Positions 24,490 to 37,353 of a DNA stretch of 49,088 nt are shown piece after piece. The stretch covers positions 54,167,472-54,216,559 of the forward strand of contig NC_068991.1 of NCBI RefSeq assembly GCF_001194135.2, written 5' to 3'. This DNA comes from Octopus bimaculoides. Lineage: Eukaryota. The first letter of the stretch is position 1. Every line of letters starts with the position of its first letter. The notes under the pieces are model-generated. The model saw only the letters and a program-made list of their open reading frames with translations, was not told where the DNA came from and did not search any database. The translations under genes were made by a program, and so were the position numbers.

Positions 24490-24712
24490 ATTGATTTCAA
24501 ATTTTGGCATAAGGCCAGCAGTTTCGGGGAAGAGGGTAAATCAATTGCATCAACCCCAGTATTCAACTGGTACTTATTTTATCAACCCTGAAAAGATGAA
24601 AGGCAAAGTCAACCTTGGCAAAATTTGAACTCAGAACATGAATACAGATGAAATGTTGCTAAGCATTTCACCCAGCATGCTAACAATTCTGCCAGTTCAC
24701 CATCTTCTGCTT
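24490..24712 (-). mobile_element. SINE family A copy (antisense)
   Basis: Reverse complement of the family A unit: TTTCAAATTTTGGCATAAGGCCAGC...GCTAACAATTCTGCCAG. Confidence 0.85.
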
Positions 24713-24735
24713 GTTTTTAATATTATGAAGTCATT

Positions 24736-24948
24736 AAAGGTGGTGCACTAACAGAATCTTTAGCATGGTGGACAAAAGGTTTAGCAGCATTTCATCTGTC
24801 ATTACATTTTGTGTTCATACTCCACCAAGGTCAACTTTGCTTTCTCATCCTTTCAGAGTCAATAAAATAGGTACCAGTTGAGCATTGGTATCAATGTAAA
24901 TGACTTAACCCCTTTCTCCAAACTTGAGCCAAAATTTGAAGCCATTAT
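24736..24948 (+). mobile_element. SINE family A copy (sense), head-to-head with 24490-24712
   Basis: Family A match, separated from the antisense copy by only ~25 bp. Confidence 0.8.
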
Positions 24949-25132
24949 TATCAAATATTGATACTGAATTTTGGTATTCTTAAAGAAAACTAATTGAGAA
25001 TTATTTCTTCTCTGTTTCTCCATGGTGTAGCTTCAATCAATTCTAATCTTCTCTATTAACTGCTGACCTTTATTCCAAGAAAGACTTCCCAATATGCCAA
25101 AAGGAAATTATTGTTCTACAAAGTGACTAAAT

Positions 25133-25335
25133 GAAGGCAGCAAGCTGGCTGACTTGTTAGCATGTTAGACAAAATGCTTAGTGATACTACTTCTGGCTCT
25201 TTACATTCTGAGTTGAAATCCTGCTGAGATCAACTTTGCATTTCATTTCTTTACAGCTAATAAAATAAAGTACCAATCAAGTACTGAAGTCAATGTAATC
25301 AGCTTGTTTCCTCCCCTTAAAAATTGCTCTCCTTG
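25133..25335 (+). mobile_element. SINE family A copy
   Basis: GGCAGCAAGCTGGC...CTTTACATTCTGAGTTGAAATCC...AAGTACC... Confidence 0.75.
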
Positions 25336-26577
25336 AATGCTATAATGGTATTGTATCCTGTTCAGAGGTAATGTTGTGTTCTTGGTTAGTTACATGCCAT
25401 AGAAACCAGGTAACTGGTCTTGTAAATCTTAGAGCTCAAGAATAAAAGCGACAATGGGACTTAATTGAACCATTGCATCTTTCATTTTATTTCATAATTT
25501 CATTTTTGTCTCTTGCTTAAAAGCAGTGATGCTAGAATCAGTAGAGTACTTAGTGAAATGCTGTGTGGTTCACAGTGATATCTCTTTACATTCTGAGTTG
25601 AATTCCCATAGAGTTAAACTTTAATTTTCATATTTCATGACCAATAATCAGGTACTGATGATCACTATGTATGTATGTATCCATGCATGTATGCATGCAT
25701 TGCATAAGAGTTAAGGGATAGAGTAGATAATATCCAGGCTACATGTTTCATAGCAAGTGGAACCTCGTAAGTGGTAAATATCCAAATAAGGTGTATACCA
25801 CAGGTTACTCTTCAGGCCAAGGGTATCTTGATTCTAATCTTCTACACCTTCTTACACCTCGATCCTTGGATCTTACATTTATATATATATATTGTATAAA
25901 AATTAAAGTGTGTTCATTCCATTTACATGTTTTATAAATCTTTATATAAATCCTGCATACACTAACAGAATTCCACATGTATATCTAGTAAAAGGAGTAA
26001 TCCTGCTGTATGATGGCAAACAGTAGTCAATAACTGTCTAGGAGATTTGAAATGCACATTACGAGGTTATTACCCAGATGATATTAAATAAATATATTTT
26101 ATATATGTATTATCATTGTTTAATGTCCACCTTCCATACCCTTATTCTCTTATTCAGAGATGAAAATTCATCATGATCCAGTTTGCTTTCCATACTTCTA
26201 GGATTAATAAAACACCCACTCACACACAGATACATGCATGCTAGTCAGTTATTAAGGATCAATTGAATTGATTATACTCCAATGCAAAATTTGAAATCAT
26301 TTTTGTCTCTTACTTATGTTCTCATTTATTAAGTAGATTTTTGTGTGATATAACATTTTATTTCAAAATCATCTATTTTGTGTCTGATTTCAGATTTTAT
26401 TGTCCAAAAATCACATCTAAACAAGTCAATGGCCAAAACACTTTTAATTGCTATTAATTTTGTTATCTGTTACTGCTTATATACTTTTATGTCTGTTGTG
26501 GTCTGATACAGTATAGTCATAATTTTGTCTTGTGTAAAAATACACACACACATACACACAAACACACACACACACAC

Positions 26578-26750
26578 ACATCATCATCATCATCATCTTT
26601 TAACGACCATGTTCTCTGCTGGCATGGGTTGAACAGTGTGACAGGATCTGATGTATCCAAGGACTGCATTGCGTTCCACTGTCTACTTTGGCATGGTTTC
26701 TTTAGCTGGATGCCCTTCCTAATGCCAACCACTTTACAAAGTGTACTGAG
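26578..26750 (-). mobile_element. Older RTE 3' end with (GAT)n tail
   Basis: (CAT)n, then TTTAACGACC..., GGCATGGGTTG and GCTGGATGCCCTTCCTAATGCCAACC, shared with the 8470 and 28722 copies. Confidence 0.7.
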
Positions 26751-27209
26751 TGCTTTCTTTTCTGCCACCTGTACTACTGAAGTTGCCATGTAACTCACAG
26801 GACTGCAAGCCCTGGGGTAGGAGGTGGGGTCAGCTTCATGCTAGGGGAAGGGAATTACTCAGAGAAGGTGGGGTGAGAAGAGGAGGTTTTCCTTCAGAGG
26901 GAGTGTTAGTCTCGAGTTCAATACAGCTTTGATATCCTATAGGTACAATATCTACCACTATCATTTAGCATTACATTAAGATATTCTATGATCAATCAGT
27001 AATAATTACTATGATATCATATCCATTTTCCATGTTGGCATGGGTTGGATGATTTCACAAGATCCAGTGAGCTGTGGGACAACACCAAACTCCAGTATCA
27101 ACTTGGCATGGGTCCAGCCATGGGAGCTATGTCAAACTGTCCAACCCATTCCAGCATGGAAAACAGACGTTAAATCATAATCATCACCATTATCATCATC
27201 ATCATCAGC

Positions 27210-27241
<32 letters not shown>

Positions 27242-27374
27242 CATTATCAACATCATCATCATCATCGACATTAACAGTTAGTACAGCATGAAATGGATGG
27301 CCATTGGCAATTACTACAATATTCTATGGATGATCATTAGCAAATATGTTCATATTATGTTTCTATAAGTTTCC

Positions 27375-28110
27375 ATCTACCTCCCTTCCTCTCGTTTTAT
27401 TTGTCACTCATCACTCATCCTCTCTTTTCTATCATTGTACCTTTACTATTACTACTACTATTATTATATCACGTTTCTCCCTCCCATCACTCTACTGGTT
27501 ATAAAAGCAAGGGGTGGCACTGAATTTGTCCATAATCAATTACCTCCTACTATCACTATTTATTACTAACCATCTATTTCTCTCTCACACATTTACTCTC
27601 TTTTCCTCCCCCTCTCTCTCTTCCATTACCACCCCCTATCACTCATTACTGACATCCATCTTTCTATCTTTCTCACTACCACCTGCTTTTATTACTATTC
27701 ATTACTCTTGTCTCTCTTTCTCTATCTTACCACCACTCAATCTTATTACCACTCATCATTTTCTCTCTCTCCCTCTCTGTCATACTCATACACATCCATT
27801 AGCCTTTTCCCTTTCAGTTATTGTTGACATCTCTTACTCTTCCTTTCTCTTTCTCTCCTATTATTCAATCTACCATCACCTTGTCTCCCTTTTATCTCCT
27901 TCTTTTCTCCTGTCATACTACTCATATTGTCTTCTATTCAGTCTCCCTGCGAACAACCAGTATGTAGCAGTCTATCACTTTCTTTTCCATTACTCCCTCT
28001 CTTCTGTCAATCTCCCTCTTACTCCCATCGCACTCAATCATCCCTCTTACTCTCTCACTTCTATTATCCTCTCACCTCCTTTTCATCACTCATTCTTCTA
28101 TTCAGCAATA
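27375..28110. repeat. G-poor CT-rich low-complexity block
   Basis: The plus strand is nearly devoid of G and built from decayed CT/CAT/CTA repeats. Confidence 0.8.
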
Positions 28111-28479
28111 TTGCTTTGAACAAGATAACAATGGCCTCTTAATGCTAGTGTCACAAAAAATACACCCTGTAAACTCTGATAAGTGGTTGGCACATGAACA
28201 GAGAAAGCATAGAAAAGAAACAATTAAGTAACCCTTTCTTCTCTAGGATGACTTCTGAGAGGACAACTTCTCAAGTGCTGATGTTATGATAAACTCTACT
28301 CAATAAATTCCAAAAATGGGTGATAGAAAGGGTTAGAACCATGCTGAAATGGAACGTATGAGCAAGTTGTGATCCCATCTAGGAAAGTAGCAAGTCCTAG
28401 GAAGAACTGATTTGGATCATGATGATCTGTCCAATCCCTGCCAATATGGAAAGACAGACGTAAATGATAATGATGATTA

Positions 28480-28700
28480 TATGATATTCCATAGGTGATT
28501 TTTGATAACTACTATAGTATTCTATGGATGGTCATAAGTAATTACTATAATTTTTAATCATTAATAACAACTTCAATATCCTACATAAGACTATTGGCAG
28601 CTATCATGATATCTTATGAATAGCCATTAATAATTATAACAATATCCTACGATTATTAACAGCTATATATAACTATTACAATATCCTATGGTGAGAACTA
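28480..28700. repeat. Degenerate ~30-35-bp minisatellite
   Basis: Recurring ATTA(C)..(C/T)(A/G)ATAT(C/T)CTA(T/C)G core, also seen at 26930-27025 and 27300-27360. Confidence 0.5.
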
Positions 28701-28721
28701 TATATATATATATATATATAT

Positions 28722-29505
28722 CATCATCATCATCATCATCATCGATTAACGTCCGCTTTCCATGCTAGCATGGGTTGGACGATTTGACTGAGGACTGGTG
28801 AAACCGGATGGCAACACCAGGCTCCAATCTAAATTTGGCAGAGTTTCTACAGCTGGATGCCCTTCCTAACGCCAACCACTCAGAGAGTGTAGTAGGTGCT
28901 TTTACGTGTCACCTGCACGAAGGCCAGTCAGGCGATACTGGCAATGGCCACGCTCAAAATGGTGTCTTTTATGTGCCACNNNNNNNNNNNNNNNNNNNNN
29001 NNNNNNNNNNNNNNNNNNNNNNNNNNNNNNNNNNNNNNNNNNNNNNNNNNNNNNNNNNNNNNNNNNNNNNNNNNNNNNNNNNNNNNNNNNNNNNNNNNNN
29101 NNNNNNNNNNNNNNNNNNNNNNNNNNNNNNNNNNNNNNNNNNNNNNNNNNNNNNNNNNNNNNNNNNNNTGGCAACGATCTTACTTGGCTTGCTGGGTCTT
29201 CTCATGCACAGCACATTTCCAAAGGTCTCGGTCAGTAGTCATCGCCTCGGTGAGGCCCAATGTATGAAGGTCTTGCCTCACCACCTCAGCCCAGGTCTTC
29301 CTGGGCCTACCTCTTCCACGGGTTCCCTCAACTGTTAGGGTGTGGCACTTTTTCACACAGCTATCCTCATCCATTCTCACCACATGTCCATACCAGCGCA
29401 ATCGTCTCTCTTGCACACCACAACTGATGCTTCTAATGTTCAGCTTTTCTCTCAAGATACTTACACTCTGACGGGTATTCACATTGACATTACACATCCA
29501 TGTTA
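28722..29505 (-). mobile_element. 5'-truncated RTE LINE (ORF C-terminus, 3'UTR and (GAT)n tail; contains a gap)
   Basis: RRLRWYGHVVRMDEDSCVKK...EGTRGRGRPRKTW...DRDLW is the typical RTE C-terminal signature. The tail is inserted into a (TA)n tract. Confidence 0.9.
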
Positions 29506-29760
29506 AATATATATTTTTTTTAACCAAAAATTTGGTAAAAAATATAGTATCTGTTAACAATCTTAGCAAAAAACTCACAGTTGAGTTTTTGTATATATAT
29601 CCTATATTTTATAATATGATATAATATTTTATGATATGTATTAATCATTCTGGATGTTCTATCGAAATGTACATAGGTCTATTTCATTATTATTATTATT
29701 ATTATTGTTGTTGTAATAAAGTATTTTCAACGGATCAATTTTGACCTCTATTTAAAGTTG

Positions 29761-29844
<84 letters not shown>

Positions 29845-30632
29845 TTGCCTTTTATGTTTTACCTTGATGAAGTTATCAAGTAGTTAAAGCCATATATAAT
29901 AGATAAAGCTATATATAACAACATGAGGAATATTGGGTTTAAGAAACCTTGAAAAGAAATAAAGTTGAAAGCTGCCTGTGGGACATGGACCCATATCTTC
30001 TGTAGTTTTGACAAATGTGCTGCCATTGCACCAAAACAATTCTTCGAATTTCCTTTATCTGTTTTTAAAGCTTTATACTTACCAACAAGAATTGCATGCT
30101 GTTCACTTTATAAGAATTTTTTATACTTTAAGAAACTTTGAGAAATGAAAGGAACTGTTTTAATGGTGGAACTCAAAGTAGATAATGCTATAAGTAATAA
30201 CATGTAAATTATAGGAATAAAATATTTAATAATTATCAAGATAAACAGCATATGACCTTGCAGGTGGGGCCCAGTAAGAATTGTCTTCAAGTCGAGTAGC
30301 CCATCCCACTCAAAAGGTCCCTGAATAAGGGTTGTTTAAGGATGTTAAATGAAACACCCATGTTTCCAAAGGTGTATTATCCAAGCCCCAAAGAATTCCT
30401 CTCAACACATGGCTATGATGCTCCCCCACTACTTCTGCTCATGATCAGAGATACACATATCATCAGCCACCAAGGGACATGCTCAGTTGGTTAAGGTCAA
30501 ACAACTGACAAGCAAATCTGTGGTATTGAGCAGAATATTTGCTGTAGCCCATCTTTTATACCAAGACAAAACAATATACATGATAACACTTCCAATAAGT
30601 TTAAGATCAGAAGCCATGGGAACCACTGCCTG

Positions 30633-30880
30633 GTATTATTATTATTATTATTGTTGTTGTTGTTGTTGGTGGTGGGGGTGGGGGTGTTGTTGTTGTTGTC
30701 GTCGTCGTCGTCGTCGTCGTCGTGGTGGTGGTGGTGGTGGTGGTGGNNNNNNNNNNNNNNNNNNNNNNNNNNNNNNNNNNNNNNNNNNNNNNNNNNNNNN
30801 NNNNNNNNNNNNNNNNNNNNNNNNNNNNNNNNNNNNNNNNNNNNTGGTGGTGGTGGTGGTGGTGGTGGTGGTGGTGGTGG
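30633..30880. repeat. Compound trinucleotide microsatellite (TAT/TGT/CGT/GGT) spanning a gap
   Basis: Directly visible. Confidence 0.95.
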
Positions 30881-31118
30881 GAGAAATGTATAGCAGTATT
30901 TCGTCTGCTACTACGTTCTGAGTTCAAATTCTACCAAGTTTGACTTTGCCTTTCATCCTTTTGGGGTTGATGAAATAAGTACCGGTCAAGTGCTGTGGTC
31001 AATGTAATCAGCTAGTCCCCTCCCCTAAATTTCAGGTGTTGTGCTTATAGTAGAAAGAATTATTATTATTATTATTATTATCATTATTATTATTATCATT
31101 ATTATTATTATTATTATA
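30880..31118 (+). mobile_element. SINE family A copy with long (ATT)n tail
   Basis: TTCTGAGTTCAAATTC...GCCTTTCATCCTTTGGGG..., followed by (ATT)n. Confidence 0.8.
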
Positions 31119-31214
31119 AGATGATAGTGTGATGTTAAGATGACAGTAAAAAGGTGTTTGCTAATATATACATTTAAAAGTATTTTGATACTGTTTACAG
31201 ATTAAAATGCTTTT

Positions 31215-32110
31215 GGGATTATATAGACAACATATTTTTTAGGATATGAGCACTATTTTTTTAATTTCTTCCATTTTTGGATTTCCTGTTATCTGTGACG
31301 GGTAGCAATCAACCACTTTTGTTATCGTTCCTAGGGTACATATGACAACAGGTATTGTTTTAATCTTGAGATTCCACATTTTGCCAATTTCTATTTCAAG
31401 ATCTTTATACTTGCTCAGTTTTTTGGTAGGTCTTGACAGATACATTTATGTTGATTGGGACAGTCACATCGATGAGGAGGCATGAATTTTGTCTGACATC
31501 CTTCAATATAATGTCTGATCTATTTGCATTTATCTTTCTGTCAGTTTGAACAGAAAAGTTCCAAAGGAGTGAGATATGATCATTTTCAAGCATTGGAGGT
31601 GGTTTGTGTTCCCACCAGTTTTTATTAAGGGGGAGGTCCAAGTCTTTGCAAATTATCCAGTGAATATACTGTGTTGCCCTATCATGCATGTTGAGATACT
31701 CTGTAGGTGCAAGAAGACTGCACATGGAGACAACATGATCAATGGTTTCATTTTGTTGTTTACATACACAACATGTTGGACTACTGCTGTTCTTTAACAT
31801 GTTGATCAGGTAGCTTCTTGTAGGTAGGCATTGATCTTGAACTGCTATGATAAACCCTCCTGTTTCTGATTTTAAGCCAGAAGACACTAACCATTGATGG
31901 GTAAGGGCTTAGTCAACATCAGCATTATTAGTTTTCTTTGGGTATTTGCTATTGAGAGGTTTTTCTTGCCATTTATCAGTAAGCATATCTAAAGCAGCAG
32001 TTTTAGCAAGGGTTGTCATGTGCTTAGCTTTTTCTGTGCTTGTTTTCACTATGTCTAATTCTGAGATTTGCCGTATTTGGAAATCACTAAGATTTATAAT
32101 TATTGTTGTT
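31215..32110 (-). mobile_element. R4/Dong-like non-LTR retrotransposon C-terminus (CCHC knuckle plus restriction-like endonuclease), frameshifted
   Basis: LKSETGGFIIAVQDQ, CCVCKQQNETIDHVVSMC, NRSDII...LIDVTVP and KYKDLEIEIGKMW...IPVVICTLG motifs occur in order. Confidence 0.85.
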
Positions 32111-32849
32111 GTTGTTGCTGTTATGTTCTTTTATTCTTTTACTAGTTTCAGTCAGTATGTGTGTGTGTGTGTGTATACATGCACACACACACATACACAC
32201 ACCCACATGCACACGCATGTGCATATATATATATATATATATATACAAGAATAAGGGCAGGGAATCGTCAATTAATAATAGAATTAATAATTAACAATTT
32301 TGCCAAGTAGTTCAGTATGAAAAAGCCTTTATCGGTAAAAACATTTATCATCATAAATATACAGGGATTNNNNNNNNNNNNNNNNNNNNNNNNNNNNNNN
32401 NNNNNNNNNNNNNNNNNNNNNNNNNNNNNNNNNNNNNNNNNNNNNNNNNNNNNNNNNNNNNNNNNNNNNNNNNNNNNNNNNNNNNNNNNNNNNNNNNNNN
32501 NNNNNNNNNNNNNNNNNNNNNNNNNNNNNNNNNNNNNNNNNNNNNNNNNNNNNNNNNNNNNNNNNNNNNNNNNNNNNNNNNNNNNNNNNNNNNNNNNNNN
32601 NNNNNNNNNNNNNNNNNNNNNNNNNNNNNNNNNNNNNNNNNNNNNNNNNNNNNNNNNNNNNNNNNNNNNNNNNNNNNNNNNNNNNNNNNNNNNNNNNNNN
32701 NNNNNNNNNNNNNNNNNNNNNNNNNNNNNNNNNNNNNNNNNNNNNNNNNNNNNNNNNNNNNNNNNNNNNNNNNNNNNNNNNNNNNNNNNNNNNNNNNNNN
32801 NNNNNNNNNNNNNNNNNTATATAGATAGATGCACACACATGCATGCTCA

Positions 32850-33100
32850 TTATATCAGTACCAGTTCCTTCTGTGCTCTTTAGCTCTTTTGATAGAAAGT
32901 TGACGCCGCTGCTTTCTGTTGACTACTGCTTTCTCTACAACTCCCCATGTGATATTGGCTTCTTTCAAACAGTTATGAATGTTCTTGCTGTTTATGGCCT
33001 TTCCCCTTTTCTTCTTCCCTTCAGTGATGTCCATTTGAAAGCTGTTTTAGAATGGCATCATTCTGGTAGTTGAGGTATGTGACCTGCTTGTTTTAATCTT
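32850..33100 (-). mobile_element. Second, older RTE-like LINE C-terminal fragment
   Basis: Minus-strand translation gives AGHIPQLPE*CHSKTAFKWTSLKGRRKGERP...EANITWGVVEKAVVNRKQRRQL. Confidence 0.6.
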
Positions 33101-33777
33101 CATTCTCTGATGATTTCACTTATTGAATATGCACAAATATTATTGGTTAAAATGGGCAGGGGTAATAAACAAATTAAGCTACTCATAAAGGAATTATAAT
33201 TTATGCACCACTTTTGTTTTTAAATAACATATTAATACTAATTGAATTCGATTTCCTTCCAAATTTACCATTTATCCCTATAGTTTTTACAATTCCACTA
33301 TCACTGCCACCATTGTTGTTAATAGTTCTATATTATTTCATGTTCTTAGATAATATACTTTTGTTGTTCTTCTTCTTAGAGGTAAAAATTACTATAAATT
33401 GTCTACTTCTTCAACATTGGTTTGTAAGCTGAGATAGCAATGCCACATTACTAAAATTCAAGACTGATTATTATTCAGATTAATACAGTCTTTAAGAGGA
33501 TTACTTATTGATAAGAGCTTAAGCAGATTTTTGTATGTCCTTGTTGATCGGGATTTGTCTCGTAAATATGGCTTTAGTATTGTTAAGAAGATAACTGAGT
33601 TTTGCACAATATATATTTGATCAATAATACAATTGTGAACGACAGACATGAATATTACTGTATATTTTTAAAATAAAACATTTTCAATTATCCTTTTAGT
33701 AATTTTATAACAGACTTGGATGTAATAAAAGTAACATAACAACACTTCATTGCAAGTGAAATAAGCTCAGTCAGATA

Positions 33778-34890
33778 CCCTGCGTCTCACATTATTAAGC
33801 AAATCAACCTTCTCTCAATAAATAAATGTATATTCATTCAAAACCAGTTGTTTTCCCACTGACTGTTGGCAACACCTACCTGAGAACATTCTGTTAAAAT
33901 AAATCGGATCTGCGCAGATGTCAACAAATGGCACCCATTTTTGTTATTGAGCAACATTTTCACCAACACAAATTATTACACAAGTATAATAAAAATGATA
34001 ATTGAGTCAGAACAAACGTTTATTTAATTCAGCAGTAAAGGTTTAAGAAAAAAATGATTCATAAAGGACTTAATGGTAAACATAATAATATGTTCGAATG
34101 AAAGTAATCATGGAATTATGATGAGGTCATACAGCTCCTTATGCTTGATGTATGGTCCTCCACATGCAATAACCTCCCTTACGCGCTGAAAACTTGAAAA
34201 CTGCTGTCCATCTTGGTAAATGTGCCTCTTCAGGATATTCTACAGGTTCTCGATCAGGTTTAAGTCAGGGGAACAAGGTGGCCACTCCATCAAACCACCT
34301 CCAGAGAAGCCTATTTGCTGCAGGTATTCCTTAGAATTCTTCACTGCATGAGACAGGGCATTATCTTGCATGAAGACCAGCTTTTTCTTAAATGAAAGTT
34401 TTTTGCTTTTTGAACCATGCTTAGAAATTGTCTTTTAAGAAGGTAACATATATTTTTGATGTCATCTTAATTCCATCTGGCCCGACCATCATACCACCAT
34501 ACTTTCCATGGCCTGACCATCATATGACCAATGATGCCAGCCCAAAACATAGCTCCACCTCCCCCCTGTTGGCATCTCAGATGATGAGGACAGCTCCCGC
34601 TGATTGATACCCAGCCATTTTTCTCCAACCATCTGGTCCATCAAGGGCAGCATGGCATTCAAGCTTTGAGACAATGGTAGACTTCTCATTCGAGTTAAGA
34701 TCACGTTTCTGACCCATAATGACACTTAAATTGGGCACCTGCCTAATAATTTGGGACAGCAGAAATGTTGCTACTACATGATAATGGCCACCATTTGTTT
34801 TCGTCTGTGCAGATCCGATTTATTTGCCAACAGTCAGTGGGAAAATAACTGGTTTTGAACGAATATATATTTATTTATTGAGAGAAAACG
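33778..34890 (-). mobile_element. Internally deleted Tc1-like transposon with long TIRs and DD37E spacing
   Basis: Inverted repeats at 33811-33985 and 34745-34885. The minus-strand transposase reads GGGAMFWAGI...FMQDNALSH...LMEWPPCSPDLNLIENL*NILKR, with 37 residues between D and E. A TA precedes 33778. Confidence 0.85.
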
Positions 34891-35189
34891 GAATGAACCT
34901 GCAGGAGAAAATCAGAGAATTTCATTAAGAGTTATGTCCCTTCCTCACCATCAAAGTGGCATTTTGGTGGGGGTAGTGTGGGTTTGATATGTGTGTAGGG
35001 GAATGGAGTGGATGGAGTGGACGCCCAGTCTTAAACCTAAGTGTGAGTATATATATATATATATATATATATTTTATGTTTATATATATATACATGTGTG
35101 TTTAAGTGTGTAAGGTTACATGTCGTCAACACCACACTGAATTCTCAGGCTGGGATGTTCGAAAGTGGTGATCGTGGAAGTTCTCATGT

Positions 35190-35620
35190 TAATAATTTTG
35201 ATGGAGTCCTAAATAAACTATCACATATTTCCTTTTATGTGGGTATGAGCAGAAAACCTCGCTTTTACAGCTCCTGCAGTAGGTGTCTGAGTGAAAAGAC
35301 TTCTTTAGTATAGTTCTTTTCTCAGCCAGGCATAGCCTGCATCTACTTTTGAAGTAAGTCTTGCATCTCTCCAGCACTCTCTATTTGATGCTGTAATCCA
35401 TGATACTTTGCTTCAATGATCACACATGTAACATCACGCCTCTTCTGGATATTAAATAAGAACTCACGGCTTTAAATCTGATTCTGAAAGGACCTTCTGC
35501 CGTGCCCACATACTTCTGTGCATTTGCCTGGGGTCCTTTGACATCACCTCTGCTTCATAAACGGCTGATTCTATGTTGCAGTGGCTGTTAAGAGGACATG
35601 CAGTGTTGCCTCTGCATAAT
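35190..35620 (-). mobile_element. Penelope-like element GIY-YIG endonuclease relic
   Basis: CPLNSHC..SAVYEAEV...KYVGTAEGPFRIRF and CRLCLAEKRTI motifs. Confidence 0.8.
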
Positions 35621-36064
35621 CACCCTGCCTTTGTCTTGGATGTGGGTCTACCTACTATTATTTTATACTAGATGCACAGCTAAAAAAAACACCTAATATA
35701 TATAAATATATTTGTGTGTGTGTCTGTGTGTGTGTAATGGTAATTAAGAAAAATAGAATCTGAAAAACTTTAAGAGAACAACAGAAAACGAAAGTGAAGT
35801 ATATTTGGTAGTGAGGTCATACTCACATTCACTAACATAGTTTGTAACTTTCTTGAGTAGCAGACTTGATTTTCGCTGTCTCACAGCTGTCCCTTTGCTG
35901 GTTTTAACAGAGTCCAATCCAGTTTAAACAGGTTTTTCAGGTGCTGACAATCCAATTCTTTCTCTTTTAGTTTCAGTTCCTTGGGAAATGGTTATGACAT
36001 TACTTTTCTTCCTCTTATCTTTTATCTTTATTTGTTTCAGTCATTGGTCTGTGGCCGTGCTGGC

Positions 36065-36425
36065 GTCTGCTTTGAAGGGTTTTAGTTGGGAAGATCACCC
36101 TAGTCCTGATGCTTATTCTATTGGTCTCTTTTGCCAAACTGCTAATTTACAGTTGAATGTTAAGGAACCGCTAGATGAAGTGGTGATAGGTAGTGGACAG
36201 AGAACAAAGACACACATATTTATATATATGTGTGTATGTGCAAGTGTGTGTGTGTGTGTAAATGCATATATTATGGGATTCCGTGCAGATTCTGTCGATG
36301 ACGCTTACTCACAAGGCATTGGCCAACCTAGGGCTAGTGTAGAAGATACTTACCCAAAATGCTGTACAGTGGAACTGAACTCGAAACCACATGGTTGCAA
36401 AGCGAGTCTGTTAACCGTGCACGTT
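36065..36425 (-). mobile_element. SINE family B (diverged)
   Basis: Same tail-(TG)n-CORE-head layout as 4727-5122. Confidence 0.7.
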
Positions 36426-36689
36426 CACTCTCTTTTTTTTTTAATTGATCATAGACTTGAAATCGTATTAAATCAATACTACTTGACCTCACACTTGTAG
36501 GTAGAAAATGTTGGTTGGTAGTCAAAGCCACGTGCAGATCAAAGGCTGAGCATTCACATGTGGATGTATGATATCAACTAGGTTAAACATCCATAGTTGT
36601 TCTCGAAACTAATTTATAAGCTTAAACATTGGTAGGTGGTGGCGGATTGCCAGTGAAAGGACCAGGTGCTTATTAACAGTTATCTTTTA

Positions 36690-37185
36690 TCGGTTTCAGT
36701 CATTAGACTGCGACCATGCTGGGGCTCCGCCTTGGATAATTTTTAGTCGAATGAATCGACCCCACTACTTATTCTCTTCTTATAATCCTGGTACTTATTC
36801 TATCAGTCTCTTTTACTGAACCGCTAAGTTAAAGGGATGTAAACAAACCAGCACCGGTTGTCAAGTGGTGGGGGAGGGGACAAACGTAGACACACACACA
36901 CACACACACATACACACACGTACACCAGACTTCTTTCAGTTTTCATCTACCAAATCTACTCTCATGGATTTTGTCGGCCTGAGGCTACAGTAGAAGACAA
37001 TCGTCCAAGGTGCTTCGCAGTGGGACTGAACTCCGAACCATGTGGTTGAAAAGCAAACTTCTTATCACACAGTCACACCTGCACCTAATAGTAGAAGACA
37101 CTTGCCCAATGTTCCAAACTTGGGACTGAACCTGAAACTATGAGATTAGCAAGCAAACTTCTAACCACGCAGCCATGCCTGCACC
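36690..37185 (-). mobile_element. SINE family B full copy plus an additional head fragment
   Basis: TTTCAGTCATTAGACTG tail through TGGGACTGAAC...ACCACGCAGCCATGCCTGC heads. Confidence 0.8.
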
Positions 37186-37353
37186 TATATATATATATAT
37201 ATATATATATNNNNNNNNNNNNNNNNNNNNNNNNNNNNNNNNNNNNNNNNNNNNNNNNNNAACTATTTGACAGTAAGGACGAAAGAAAGAAAGAAACCTC
37301 GATATTATACAAATAGAGGAATTTATCTGTAAAAATATGACACTTATTCAGTA

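Noticed and set aside
24358-24591. Y-x13-YY hydrophobic stretch resembling the InaF motif
   Set aside because: There is no ATG after the upstream stop at 24340, the segment comes from a duplicated TCTTCTTATATAT, and the frame runs into a SINE.
27514-28119. 201-aa L/S/F/H-rich ORF
   Set aside because: The G-less CT-rich strand cannot form most stops, so the ORF is a compositional artefact.
35125-35180. Degenerate hammerhead-like layout downstream of the Penelope relic (minus strand)
   Set aside because: The core reads CTGAGAA...CGACA instead of CTGANGA...GAAA; at best a dead copy.
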